Assembly: GCA_038321985.1 (NCBI GenBank)
Contig: JBBQFN010000014.1
Location: forward strand, 71,287 to 135,286
Reading direction: 5' to 3'
Length of the DNA stretch: 64,000 nucleotides
Origin: Cyanophyceae cyanobacterium
GTDB lineage: Bacteria > Cyanobacteriota > Cyanobacteriia > Cyanobacteriales > Laspinemataceae
The position numbers and the translations under genes are program-made. Positions within the stretch are counted from its first letter, which is position 1, and each line of letters starts with the position of its first letter. This document shows, piece by piece, positions 41,788 through 51,484 of this stretch. The notes under the pieces were generated by a model. The model saw only the letters and a list, made by a program, of their open reading frames with translations, ran no database searches and was not told where the DNA came from.

Positions 41788-42984
41788 ATGGATTTATTAG
41801 AGTATCAAGCAAAAGAATTATTCAGGGAAATGGGCATTCCTGTTTTGCCCTCGCAACGGATCGACCATTCCAAAGACCTCAAGGGACTGAAGATTCCCTA
41901 TCCAGTTGTACTCAAATCCCAAGTCCGTGCTGGCGGACGCGGCAGGGCCGGTGGTATCAAGTTTGTGACCAATACCATTGATGCGGTGGCGGCAGCTCAA
42001 AATATTTTTCACCTTCCTATTAATACCGAGTATCCCGAGGTGCTGTTAGCGGAAGCTAAATATGACACGGATCGGGAATTTTATCTGGCAGTGGTCCTTG
42101 ATCGCGCCGCGCGTCGTCCCCTGTTGTTGGGTTCGAGCCAAGGGGGGACCAGTACCGAATTGGTGATGGAACAGATGCAGCAGGTGATCGTAGATGAGGA
42201 ATTTTCTCCGTTTTATGCGCGTCGCCTAACCCTGAAAATGGGCTGCACAGGCCCTCTGATTGAGGCGGTGAGCGATATCGTCGAAAAGATGTATCTGCTA
42301 TTCGTAGAGAAAGATTTGGACCTGGTGGAAATTAATCCCTTGGGGATTAGTCCAACGGGGGAAGTGATGGCTCTAGATGGCAAAGTAACGGTCAACGATG
42401 AGGCCCTCAGTCGCCATTCTACTCTGCTTCAGTTGCTGCCGAAGCATCAGGCTCAAGAGGCAACGGAGATGAATTCTGCTCAGGGTCCCGCTTCTCCGGT
42501 GGGGGGATTGCCATCAGAACTGAATTTTGTGGAACTTGGCGGAAATATTGGCCTGTTATGTAATGGCGCAGGTTTGACGATGGCGACGTTGGATTTAGTC
42601 TGCGCCGCCGGAGGTAAACCTGCTAATTTTGTAAATATTGGTGGCGAGTGTCGTTGGGATTTGACCGCGGAACTCCTGTGCGAGCGCATCAAGCTTGGGT
42701 TGGCACTGGCGAGTCAGAAAAAAAATGTCAAGGTGGTTTTGGTGAACTTGCTCGGGGGTCTGTTTTCCTGCGCTCAGGCAGTCGATGCGATCGCCTCTTA
42801 TCAAGAACAAAGTCGGCGAGAAACAGCCACCGGGAACCCCCAAACCCAGGTAAAGGTGATCGTGCGTTTATATGGGACCGAAATTGAGCAAGCGCGCGAA
42901 ATTTTGCAGGCAGTAGAGGTCACAGTAGTGGAAAACTTGGATGAGGCGATCGCCTTGTCCGTGGCGTTGGCGACGAATGGCTAA
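41788..42984 (+). CDS. sucC: Succinyl-CoA synthetase beta subunit
   Basis: MDLLEYQAKELF, GGRGRAGG, EINPL, GNIG..NGAGL. Confidence 0.93.
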   Translation: MDLLEYQAKELFREMGIPVLPSQRIDHSKDLKGLKIPYPVVLKSQVRAGGRGRAGGIKFVTNTIDAVAAAQNIFHLPINTEYPEVLLAEAKYDTDREFYLAVVLDRAARRPLLLGSSQGGTSTELVMEQMQQVIVDEEFSPFYARRLTLKMGCTGPLIEAVSDIVEKMYLLFVEKDLDLVEINPLGISPTGEVMALDGKVTVNDEALSRHSTLLQLLPKHQAQEATEMNSAQGPASPVGGLPSELNFVELGGNIGLLCNGAGLTMATLDLVCAAGGKPANFVNIGGECRWDLTAELLCERIKLGLALASQKKNVKVVLVNLLGGLFSCAQAVDAIASYQEQSRRETATGNPQTQVKVIVRLYGTEIEQAREILQAVEVTVVENLDEAIALSVALATNG

Positions 42985-42994
42985 AGGAGGGTTG

Positions 42995-43912
42995 ATGAAT
43001 TTTACGCCGGATACCAAAATTTTAATTCAAGGCATTACAGAGGTTCTGGGTTCCACTCACGCGGCTTTGATGAAAGCCTACGGGAGTAATGTCATCGCGG
43101 GAATTAGTCCCGGTTGCGGAGGCCAAACCGTTGAGGATATTCCGGTATTTGATCTGGTGGAGCAGGCTCTGCGCCAAGTTGGTCCTGTGGATATCACCGT
43201 GATTTTTGTTAAGCCTTATGGGGTTCTGGATGCCGCCTTAGAAGCGATCTCAGCGGGAATCCGTCAGATTATTATCATTACCGAGGGGATGCCTCCTCTG
43301 GATATGGTGAAACTGGTGAGAAAGGCGGAGGCGACGGATACTTTAGTCCTCGGACCCAATACCCCCGGGATTATTGTACCCGAAAAGGTCTTGCTCGGTA
43401 TTCATAAAAGTGATTTTTATACCCCGGGTTCTGTCGGGTTAATCAGTCGCAGTGGCACTCTCACTTATGAAATTGCCCTACAACTCACTCAGGCTAAATT
43501 AGGACAGTCGATCGCCGTCGGCATTGGCAGTGATTCAATTTTAGGTTCTTCGTTTGCCCAATGGCTGCAAATTTTAGATGAAGATGATAATACTGAAGCG
43601 ATTGTCTTAGTTGGCGAAATTGGCGGCAGCAGTGAAGAAGAAGCGGCTCATTATATTGCTGAGGCAATTGATAAACCTGTGGTGGCTTATATAGCCGGTC
43701 TTCATGCACCAAAAGGCAAGCGCCTGGGTCATGCAGGGGATATTATGGCCGCGCAACTTTCTACAGGTAAAACCTTTAACATTGTCGGGGCTGACCCGGA
43801 TACCGCTCAAAGCAAAATTCAGGCATTTAAGGCGGCAAAAATTCCCGTGGCTTCTAACCCCGCCCAAATCCCGGCCTTGGTTAAAAAAGCTCTGAAACAC
43901 AAGAAAAAGTAA
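42995..43912 (+). CDS. sucD: Succinyl-CoA synthetase alpha subunit
   Basis: IQGIT, GPNTPG, SRSGTLTYE, GEIGG, catalytic GHAG; AGGAGG at 42985. Confidence 0.93.
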   Translation: MNFTPDTKILIQGITEVLGSTHAALMKAYGSNVIAGISPGCGGQTVEDIPVFDLVEQALRQVGPVDITVIFVKPYGVLDAALEAISAGIRQIIIITEGMPPLDMVKLVRKAEATDTLVLGPNTPGIIVPEKVLLGIHKSDFYTPGSVGLISRSGTLTYEIALQLTQAKLGQSIAVGIGSDSILGSSFAQWLQILDEDDNTEAIVLVGEIGGSSEEEAAHYIAEAIDKPVVAYIAGLHAPKGKRLGHAGDIMAAQLSTGKTFNIVGADPDTAQSKIQAFKAAKIPVASNPAQIPALVKKALKHKKK

Positions 43913-44040
43913 GGCGGAATTTAAGCCCCAGTAAAAACTCTAAAGGGTGGGGGCAACCAACCCCAGCCCCCCTGACAAGGGCTAATTTAACACCTGATTT
44001 TAAACCCTGATTTAGTATTAATTTTTAACGCGGTTATAAC

Positions 44041-45387
44041 ATGGATGGCGAAACGGTCAGTTCAATCCAATATTTAGAAGTTCAAGCAGCCTCTTTATTG
44101 CTGTATCAAGGTGTTTTTAGGAATGATCTAGGGAAATCTTTTCTGAAATTAATTCAATTGATCTATCAAAGTTCAGCCGGAGGCGCTGGAGAGAGGGTTG
44201 CCTTAAGCTGTCTGAAAGCCTACGGCTGTTGGTTTAGGCGCTTGGCTGCTGAAGAAGTAAGTTGGCAAGACTATCTGCTCGATCGCATCCTCAAGGACGA
44301 AAATCCCTTTACCTACCAGGTTCAACGTAAGCCCCTGGATCAACTCCCGGTCTCTCTGGTGGCGGCGGCACAGCATGATTTACAGGTCTTACAATCTTTC
44401 TATGACTGTTCTGGCGATCGCCTCAGTCGGTGGGTGGAAGCAGCCAGTGGAATCTCAATTCCTCCCTTAGTTTGGAATTCGTCCCCCCCAGAAAAACAGG
44501 CAGTCGATCAATTACCCTTCGGTTCAGTACAGCGGGCGATCGCTGCCCTAAAATATCAAAAAAAATGGCCTGATACTCTTCAGGAGTTAGTTACCTATTA
44601 CCAAACACAAGGTACCGGGCAATTTACAGAGTATCGGGCCTTTACTTGGCAGTCAGGGAAATTGAAAAGTATCCCACATCCTGACCCCGTGGGGTTGACG
44701 CAATTAGTCGGCTATGAGTTCCAGTGCGAAACCTTAAAAAAGAATACGGAATTTTTATTAGCCGGTTTACCTGCCCTGAATATTTTACTCTATGGGAGTC
44801 GCGGAACGGGCAAATCTTCCTTAATTAAGGCATTATTAAACGAGTATGGCTCTCAAGGGTTACGGTTAATTGAAATCCCTAAATCTCAGCTTCAACACTT
44901 GCCACTTATTGTGGACGAACTTCGAGATGCCCTGCAAAAGTTTATTATTTTTGTAGACGATTTATCTTTTGAAGAGGATGACGATTCCTTTAAGGCATTA
45001 AAAGTGATTTTAGAAGGCACACTCACCGCCCGTCCTGCAAATGTAGTAGTCTATGCCACCTCTAACCGTCGCCATTTGGTGCGCGAGTTTTTTGAGGAAA
45101 GACCGCGCCCGTCTCAGGCGAATGAAGTGCAGGCTTGGGATACCGTTCAGGAAAAACTTTCCTTTAGCGATCGCTTCGGATTAACCTTAACCTTTGAACC
45201 CGCTAATCAAGAGAAATATCTGGCGATCATTCGTCATCTTGCCACAGAAGCTGGAATCAATTTATCCCCCGAAGACCTAGAATATCAAGCCTTACAATGG
45301 GCAACTCGGCATAATGGTCGGTCCGGACGCACCGCCCGTCAATTTGTGGATTTTCTCCAATCGGAACAAGTAATTTCTAAAGAATAA
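44041..45387 (+). CDS. DUF815-type AAA+ ATP-binding protein
   Basis: LLYGSRGTGKSS, FVDDLSFE, YATSNRRHL, SDRFG, RSGRTARQF. Confidence 0.88.
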   Translation: MDGETVSSIQYLEVQAASLLLYQGVFRNDLGKSFLKLIQLIYQSSAGGAGERVALSCLKAYGCWFRRLAAEEVSWQDYLLDRILKDENPFTYQVQRKPLDQLPVSLVAAAQHDLQVLQSFYDCSGDRLSRWVEAASGISIPPLVWNSSPPEKQAVDQLPFGSVQRAIAALKYQKKWPDTLQELVTYYQTQGTGQFTEYRAFTWQSGKLKSIPHPDPVGLTQLVGYEFQCETLKKNTEFLLAGLPALNILLYGSRGTGKSSLIKALLNEYGSQGLRLIEIPKSQLQHLPLIVDELRDALQKFIIFVDDLSFEEDDDSFKALKVILEGTLTARPANVVVYATSNRRHLVREFFEERPRPSQANEVQAWDTVQEKLSFSDRFGLTLTFEPANQEKYLAIIRHLATEAGINLSPEDLEYQALQWATRHNGRSGRTARQFVDFLQSEQVISKE

Positions 45388-45506
45388 AACATGAGTTTTT
45401 AGGAGGGCGATCGCCTGTTGTCCCCCTATCCAGCCCCTCAATAAAAAAACTAACAGGAAGACTAACAGTTTAGGGCTGATAGTCATCCTTGATTCTGCAC
45501 TCTCCC

Positions 45507-45947
45507 CTAGCTCTCTTCATTAAAAACCGGATGCAACTTTTGAATTAAAGATTGCTCCCACATTTGCAAACTTTCCGCTGTGACCATTCCAGGTAAGAGA
45601 GTAAAAGTTCTAATCAAAATTTCTACCCCCAAAGAGTGCATTTTCCCAAACATGGGAACTTGATGATTGGATTTCCAACGTTGATTGATACTGGTTGTGG
45701 CAAGGCCAATATAAACTAAATTTTCGGTCCATTTTCCCTTAGCATCATAAATAATAAAATAAATAAAATACAACCCCGGGAAATCTGGTAAGTGATGCAA
45801 TCCCTCCGGATTGACCACATCCTTAAAATCTACATATTGCAAATGATATCCCGCCCACTCGGAAATCTGTTCCGGTGTCAGGGATTCAAAGGGATTTAGA
45901 GCAGATAAGGGAACCAGAGAACTTTGAGTAGTCATACTTCGGGACAT
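45507..45947 (-). CDS. GIY-YIG nuclease-like protein
   Basis: PGLYFI...VYIGLA...NQRW...H...E..LI....PVFN matches the GIY-YIG residue pattern. Confidence 0.7.
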   Translation of the reverse strand: MSRSMTTQSSLVPLSALNPFESLTPEQISEWAGYHLQYVDFKDVVNPEGLHHLPDFPGLYFIYFIIYDAKGKWTENLVYIGLATTSINQRWKSNHQVPMFGKMHSLGVEILIRTFTLLPGMVTAESLQMWEQSLIQKLHPVFNEES

Positions 45948-46086
45948 ATCTTTTAAATTGAACGCATCAGTCCTAATGATTTGCTAATATTTTAGCCCGG
46001 AATCCAGCGCTCAATTGGGTTAAGTATTTTTCGGGCTCGGCGTGATGCAGGAGATGTTTAGCTTATTGTACTAGAGTACCCATCTA

Positions 46087-46176
46087 TTTATAGCGGTTCC
46101 CACACTTATAAAATTGATTTTTTAGGAGTGGGTTAACGCAGCCTGTGCGGAGTGCGAGTCCGAGAAATGCTATAAA
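46087..46176. repeat. Small element with imperfect terminal inverted repeats (TATAGC...GCTATA type)
   Basis: TTTATAGCGGTTCCCACACT at one end, AGTCCGAGAAATGCTATAAA at the other. Confidence 0.5.
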
Positions 46177-46363
46177 TCCCTTTCAAAAGCCCGTCAAGGG
46201 ATTGAGGATTAGGTTACTCTATATCCTTGACGGGACGATTTATCGCAATTTTATCCGGTTCAGGGCTTCAGGGTTCCTCGGTTCAAGGCGATAAACCCCG
46301 GGATGCCGCAGGTTTGAGGCTCCGATTTCCAAACCCATTGTAGTTTGACACCGAAGGAATGGC

Positions 46364-46942
46364 ATGATTTCAACCGATCCCACATTATATTTTATTGCGC
46401 TTCTTCCCCCCCAGGCAATTCAGGAGGAAGTCACGGGATACAAACAGCACTTTGCCGAGAACTACCAAACTCGTCAGGCGCTTAAGTCTCCCCCCCATGT
46501 TACTTTGCAAGCCCCTTTTGAATGGGAGGTGGAGAAACAGGGACTATTGGAAGACTTCCTCCGAGGGTTTGCCGAGGTCCGCGCGCCTGTGCCGATGGTG
46601 CTGTCGGGGTTTGGTTCGTTTCCCCCGCGAGTGATTTATATTAATGTCAAGAAAACCCCTGAATTATTGTTATTTCAGTCGGAGTTAGCGACCGATTTAA
46701 ACTCATCTTTAGGGATTTATGACCCGAAATCCAAGGGGCGATCGTTTTCGCCGCACATGACGATCGCCTTTAAAGATCTACGCCGCCACAATTTTAATAT
46801 GGGATGGGCCGAATTTAAAGACCGTGAGTTGTATTATCATTGTTCTTCTAGCCATCTAACCTTATTGGTTTTTGATGAGAGGCGGTGGAAAATTTGTGGA
46901 GAATTCCCCTTAAATGCTCAGGTTGCTGAACCCTTGTCTTAA
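46364..46942 (+). CDS. 2'-5' RNA ligase / 2H phosphoesterase family protein
   Basis: Two HxT motifs, PHVTL and PHMTI; AAGGA SD. Confidence 0.88.
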   Translation: MISTDPTLYFIALLPPQAIQEEVTGYKQHFAENYQTRQALKSPPHVTLQAPFEWEVEKQGLLEDFLRGFAEVRAPVPMVLSGFGSFPPRVIYINVKKTPELLLFQSELATDLNSSLGIYDPKSKGRSFSPHMTIAFKDLRRHNFNMGWAEFKDRELYYHCSSSHLTLLVFDERRWKICGEFPLNAQVAEPLS

Positions 46943-47378
46943 ATAACGCGACACTTTAGCCACGGCTCGATCTCCAGGAAGCGGAGGTAATCGTGAGAAG
47001 GGTGATTTAGCGCCCTCTTACAAGACGGCGATCGCCTCGTTTTGGCCCGGGGAGTCAATGATGCCTCGAAACCAGGTTTGCTGACGTCAATTTGAGTTTT
47101 TAACCTTTAAACTGCTTAAAAAATCACCTCTTGAAGAACCGGAGTTCCCTGGGGTGAAAAGTCATTGTTTTTTGAAAAATATCACCGGAAAAAGTGGTGA
47201 TTAATAGAATTGGCTACAGGGCGATCGCTGCTGCATCTATCCCCACAGAGTGAGTGTTGCTTCACTCTTTTGGCAGAGTGCACCCGAGTTCCCCTTCGAT
47301 AGACTGGTCAGCAGACTTATTTGTTATTTCCGAGTCTGCCTTTGAAAAGACGACTCTGATTAATTTGAGGCCAAGATT

Positions 47379-48107
47379 ATGTCATCCACATCCGATTCGG
47401 TTCCCAACTCTCAACCGCGACCTCCGGAAACTGAAAATAACATAAACATGACTGATGCCGAACGCTGGGGTTCCCTGATTGGCGGCGGTGCCATGGTTCT
47501 GATGGGACTACAGCAAGCCTCCTTACGCGGTGCCTTATTGGCGATCGCCGGGGGAGGTCTAGCTTATCGTGCTGCCACCTCTGAAACCAGTCTTAAATCT
47601 GCCGTCCAGTCTGCTATCCAAGGTACGGATAAAGTATGGGTTGAACAAACTGTCACGATATCCAACCGTTCCCCGGATGAACTTTACCACATCTGGCGAA
47701 ATTTTGAAAATCTGCCCTTATTTATGAAGCATCTCCAGTCTGTCACCGTTCTGGATGAAAAGCGATCGCATTGGGTTGCGAAAGCTCCATTAGATATGAC
47801 TTTAGAATGGGATGCAAACATTATCACGGACCAGAAAAATCATCTGATTGCTTGGGCTTCCGTGGAAGGTGCAGATATTGAAAATTCTGGGTTTGTCCGC
47901 TTCCAAACTGCCCCCGGAAACCGAGGGACGGAAGTAAAAGTTGTCCTAGAATATAAGCCACCCGGAGGTAAAGTCACCGACGCCTTTGCTCACCTAATGG
48001 GTCAAGCTCCGGACCAGCAAATCCGAGATGATATCCGCCACTTTAAAATGCTAGCAGAAGCTGGAGAAATTGCCACGATAGAAGGCCAACCCTGCGGAGC
48101 ATCTTAA
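47379..48107 (+). CDS. SRPBCC (polyketide cyclase/dehydrase-like) protein
   Basis: N-terminal ERW.S..GG hydrophobic segment, WRNFENLPLFM.H, HWVAKAP, AWAS, GTEVKV. Confidence 0.88.
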   Translation: MSSTSDSVPNSQPRPPETENNINMTDAERWGSLIGGGAMVLMGLQQASLRGALLAIAGGGLAYRAATSETSLKSAVQSAIQGTDKVWVEQTVTISNRSPDELYHIWRNFENLPLFMKHLQSVTVLDEKRSHWVAKAPLDMTLEWDANIITDQKNHLIAWASVEGADIENSGFVRFQTAPGNRGTEVKVVLEYKPPGGKVTDAFAHLMGQAPDQQIRDDIRHFKMLAEAGEIATIEGQPCGAS

Positions 48108-48235
48108 GAGTAAATCCTGGGGAATCAATTTTACTTCTTCCTAAAGAAGGATACAAAACCTGCAAAATATTGTTTCAATGAAAGTAAGTTTTTTAACTAA
48201 AACTTGAAAACCCATAAAACCCATTGAATGAGCTT

Positions 48236-48601
48236 ATGAATTTAAACAGAACTTGGCTAAAAAATATTCGCCTCAATCGGACGATTGGTTTGTGTCTAGC
48301 AACCCTCACCTTACTTTTTGGATTTGCATTTGGTGGAATCATTGACAACAGTGCACAGGCCGCTAAATTAACGACTCCTGACTACAATCCCGAGCAAGTA
48401 GACTCAGCCACCATTAAGAAGATTAAAAACAGTGCTGAAGATTTCCCCAGCGAAGAAATCGGAGATACGGGCTTAAAAAATATCCGTAACTTGGGGAAAA
48501 ATATTCCCAAAGTCGTCAAACAAAATGTTAACGAAACCCTGAATCCGGATAACCCTGACGATCCAGGAACGCGCTCCTACACCGGTTCTGATCGCCGTTA
48601 A
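48236..48601 (+). CDS. Small secreted hypothetical protein
   Basis: Signal peptide ending AQA and a hydrophilic mature region; start placed at ATG 48236. Confidence 0.7.
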   Translation: MNLNRTWLKNIRLNRTIGLCLATLTLLFGFAFGGIIDNSAQAAKLTTPDYNPEQVDSATIKKIKNSAEDFPSEEIGDTGLKNIRNLGKNIPKVVKQNVNETLNPDNPDDPGTRSYTGSDRR

Positions 48602-48696
48602 TTGACGATGGAATGTTTCAGGTTAAAGGCGGGGAGTAGAACTCCTTGAAAAAATATGCTTTTAGCTGAGAAACATCTTCAGACTTAAGTCGGCAA

Positions 48697-48730
48697 CCCT
48701 CCCCAATGCATTGGGGAGGGTGGGCCGGGG
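48697..48730. repeat. REP-like palindrome
   Basis: CCCTCCCCAATGCATTGGGGAGGG followed by TGGGCCGGGG; resembles the 10.1 kb elements. Confidence 0.7.
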
Positions 48731-48926
48731 TCTCCCTCTTATGGGGATCCAGTTTATCCTCAAAAAAACTCCAGGAACCTCACCCCACTCTTCCTCCTAA
48801 CCCAGGGAAGGATGGGATGGGTGAGAGAAATTTTAGTGTTTTGTAGAGCTAGGCTAACCGGGGTAAAAAAACTCACCCGGTGTCGAATTATAAATTGCCA
48901 TTAAATTAGAATAGGAGAATAAAAAA

Positions 48927-50093
48927 ATGAAAGCAGTTTGCTGGCATGGTAAGAATGATGTGCGAGTAGAAACCGTTCCCGACCCCAGTATTCTCAATCC
49001 CCGAGATGCTATTTTAAAAATTACTTCTACAGCAATTTGTGGTTCCGATTTACACCTCTATGATGGCTATATTCCCACGATGCAGAAGGGAGATATTCTC
49101 GGCCATGAGTTTATGGGGGAAGTAGTCGATAAAGGTTCAGAAGTAAAGAATCTAAACAAAGGCGATCGCGTGGTCATTCCCTTTACCATCGCTTGCGGTC
49201 ACTGCTTCTTCTGTAATCGGGATCTGTGGTCTTTGTGCGATAACTCTGTACCCGACAGTAAAATAGTAGAAACTGCTTACGGTCACAGCCCCTCCGCCTT
49301 ATTTGGATACTCCCATATGTTAGGGGGTTATGCCGGGGGTCAGGCCCAATATGTGCGAGTCCCCTTTGCTGATACGGCTGCTTTAAAGATACCCGAGGGG
49401 TTGACGGATAAACAGGTGCTATTTCTCACCGATATCTTTCCTACGGGCTATCAAGCCGCAGAATACTGTAACATTCAACCGGGGGATACGGTCGCCATTT
49501 GGGGCTGTGGGCCCGTGGGACAATTTGCCATCCGGAGTGCTTTTATGTTAGGTGCCGAGCGTGTAATTGCGATTGATCGCGTTCCCGAACGGCTGGCAAT
49601 GGCCCGAGAAGGTAAAGCCGAAACCATTAACTATGAAGAGATAGATGCCGGAGAAGCCCTTAAGGAAATGACGGGGGGCATTGGACCCGATTCTTGCATC
49701 GATGCAGTAGGATTAGAAGCCCACGGTACCGGCTTGGATGCCTTTTACGATAAGGCAAAACAAAGTTTACGCTTAGAAACCGACCGCCCCACCGCATTAC
49801 GTCAAGCGATCGTCGCCTGCCGCAAAGGGGGTACAGTATCGATTCCCGGAGTGTATGGAGGCTTTGTGGATAAGTTTCCCCTAGGGGCTTTGTTCTCCAA
49901 AGGGTTAACCGTAAAGACTGGGCAAACTCATGTGCACAAATACTTGAAACCGTTACTTGAGCGCATCCAGAAGGGGGATATTGACCCCACCTTTGTGATT
50001 ACCCACGAGATGCCTTTGGACGAAGCACCCCAGGGGTATGAAATATTTAAGCACAAGCGCGACAATTGCATTAAAATTGTCTTAAATCCTTAA
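48927..50093 (+). CDS. Zinc-dependent alcohol / formaldehyde dehydrogenase-like protein (MDR family)
   Basis: ICGSDLH, GHEFMG, CGHCFFC..C, TDIFPTG, GCGPVG; AGGAG SD. Confidence 0.92.
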   Translation: MKAVCWHGKNDVRVETVPDPSILNPRDAILKITSTAICGSDLHLYDGYIPTMQKGDILGHEFMGEVVDKGSEVKNLNKGDRVVIPFTIACGHCFFCNRDLWSLCDNSVPDSKIVETAYGHSPSALFGYSHMLGGYAGGQAQYVRVPFADTAALKIPEGLTDKQVLFLTDIFPTGYQAAEYCNIQPGDTVAIWGCGPVGQFAIRSAFMLGAERVIAIDRVPERLAMAREGKAETINYEEIDAGEALKEMTGGIGPDSCIDAVGLEAHGTGLDAFYDKAKQSLRLETDRPTALRQAIVACRKGGTVSIPGVYGGFVDKFPLGALFSKGLTVKTGQTHVHKYLKPLLERIQKGDIDPTFVITHEMPLDEAPQGYEIFKHKRDNCIKIVLNP

Positions 50094-50240
50094 CCTAAGA
50101 TGCGGGCGATCGCACTGAGTCATCAACCTGCTCCCTCGCCCTCTATCCTTGAAATGCGAAACCTAGTAGCGGACGATTGTCATTCGGCGATCGCCCGCTA
50201 TTGGCGCAGGGATTATTCTACCCTTCCCTATCAATTAACC

Positions 50241-50960
50241 ATGAAACAGCAGCCCTCAAAAACCAAAACACCCCCGTCAGACGAGTGGATCGAAATCGGT
50301 AAAATTATTGGAGTACAAGGTCTCAACGGTGAGGTTCGGGTGTATCCTTCCACGGACTTTCCAGAACGGTTTGAGGAACCGGGACAGCGATGGTTGCGGT
50401 ATCCCAATCAATCCACGCCTCAACCTGTGGAGTTAGTGGGGGGTCGATTGATTGAAAATAAGGGAATATTTGTAGTGCAGCTTGCCGGGGTCACCGATCG
50501 CAATGGCGCAGAAGCCTTGCGCGGTTGTGTGATCTTGGTTCCCGACGGCGATCGCCCCACTTTAGAGGAAGAGGAGTATTACATCCAGGATTTAATCGGG
50601 TTAGTGGCGATCGACCAACGGACGGGGGAAGAAATCGGAACTGTCGTCGAAATCCTCTGGGCGGGTCATGATCTCCTGGCGATTAAACCTCGGCTTACCG
50701 AGACTCCCGAGACTCCCGAAGTTACCGAAGTTACCCAGACTCCCGAAGTTACCCAGACTCCCGAAGTTACCCAGACTCTCGAAGTTACCGAAGTTACCCA
50801 GACTCGCAAAACTCGTAAAACTCCCAAAACTCCCTCCAAACCCAAATCTAAGCCCAATATTTTAATTCCTTTTGTTAAGGAAATTGTCCCGATTGTTGAT
50901 ATGACAGCGCGCCGCGTAGAAATCAATCCTCCACCCGGTTTGCTAGAGGTGAATAATTAA
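50241..50960 (+). CDS. rimM: Ribosome maturation factor RimM with a low-complexity insertion
   Basis: IGKIIGVQGLNGEVRV, DRNGAEALRG, YYIQDLIG, LIPFV..IVP.VD, PPPGLL. Confidence 0.92.
   Translation: MKQQPSKTKTPPSDEWIEIGKIIGVQGLNGEVRVYPSTDFPERFEEPGQRWLRYPNQSTPQPVELVGGRLIENKGIFVVQLAGVTDRNGAEALRGCVILVPDGDRPTLEEEEYYIQDLIGLVAIDQRTGEEIGTVVEILWAGHDLLAIKPRLTETPETPEVTEVTQTPEVTQTPEVTQTLEVTEVTQTRKTRKTPKTPSKPKSKPNILIPFVKEIVPIVDMTARRVEINPPPGLLEVNN
50697..50838 (+). repeat. In-frame 9-nt modular tandem repeat inside rimM
   Basis: Mosaic of CCCGAAGTT, ACCCAGACT and ACCGAAGTT units encoding TPEVTQ repeats. Confidence 0.9.
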
Positions 50961-51484
50961 GTATAAAGTTCCAAGGATGAGGAATTTTCAGGCTTTCTTC
51001 TGGCTTAGACACCCCGTCAAAACAGCTTAAAACTGAGTGAAAATGACCTAGAAAATCCCTTACTGTCCTCTATTTAACAAATTTTGGCGATCGCGACGGT
51101 TGCCGAGGATAACTTCGGTAAAAATCTAGGTCATTTTCCGAGGTAATTAGGACAAATGGGTTCATCGGATCAACTCCGGCGTTGAAGGTGTATCCTTAGA
51201 TTAAATTTTATTAAATTTTAAATTTTTATTGAATTTCGTGTCATTCTTAAAAGAAAGCCTAACTTAACGTCCTGCGGGTTTGTTTCTGCATTTCAGGATT
51301 ACAGAGACTGGGGCTGGGACAATCAAGTGGTTAACGAGCTGAAGCAATGCGCGTTTAGGACCGTTACCAAAAGGCGATCGCCACGGGGAATCGCTCCCAC
51401 CCAGGCTCACAAAGGTTACGGAATATCTGGTGTCACCCCCAGCGTGAGACCCTCAATCTTTAGTTCATACCGTGGAGAACCTTA

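Noticed and set aside
42941..42994. Upstream start of sucD overlapping sucC
   Set aside because: The AGGAGG SD points to ATG 42995.
50100..50240. N-terminal extension of RimM in the ORF track
   Set aside because: No RimM similarity; ATG 50241 fits better.
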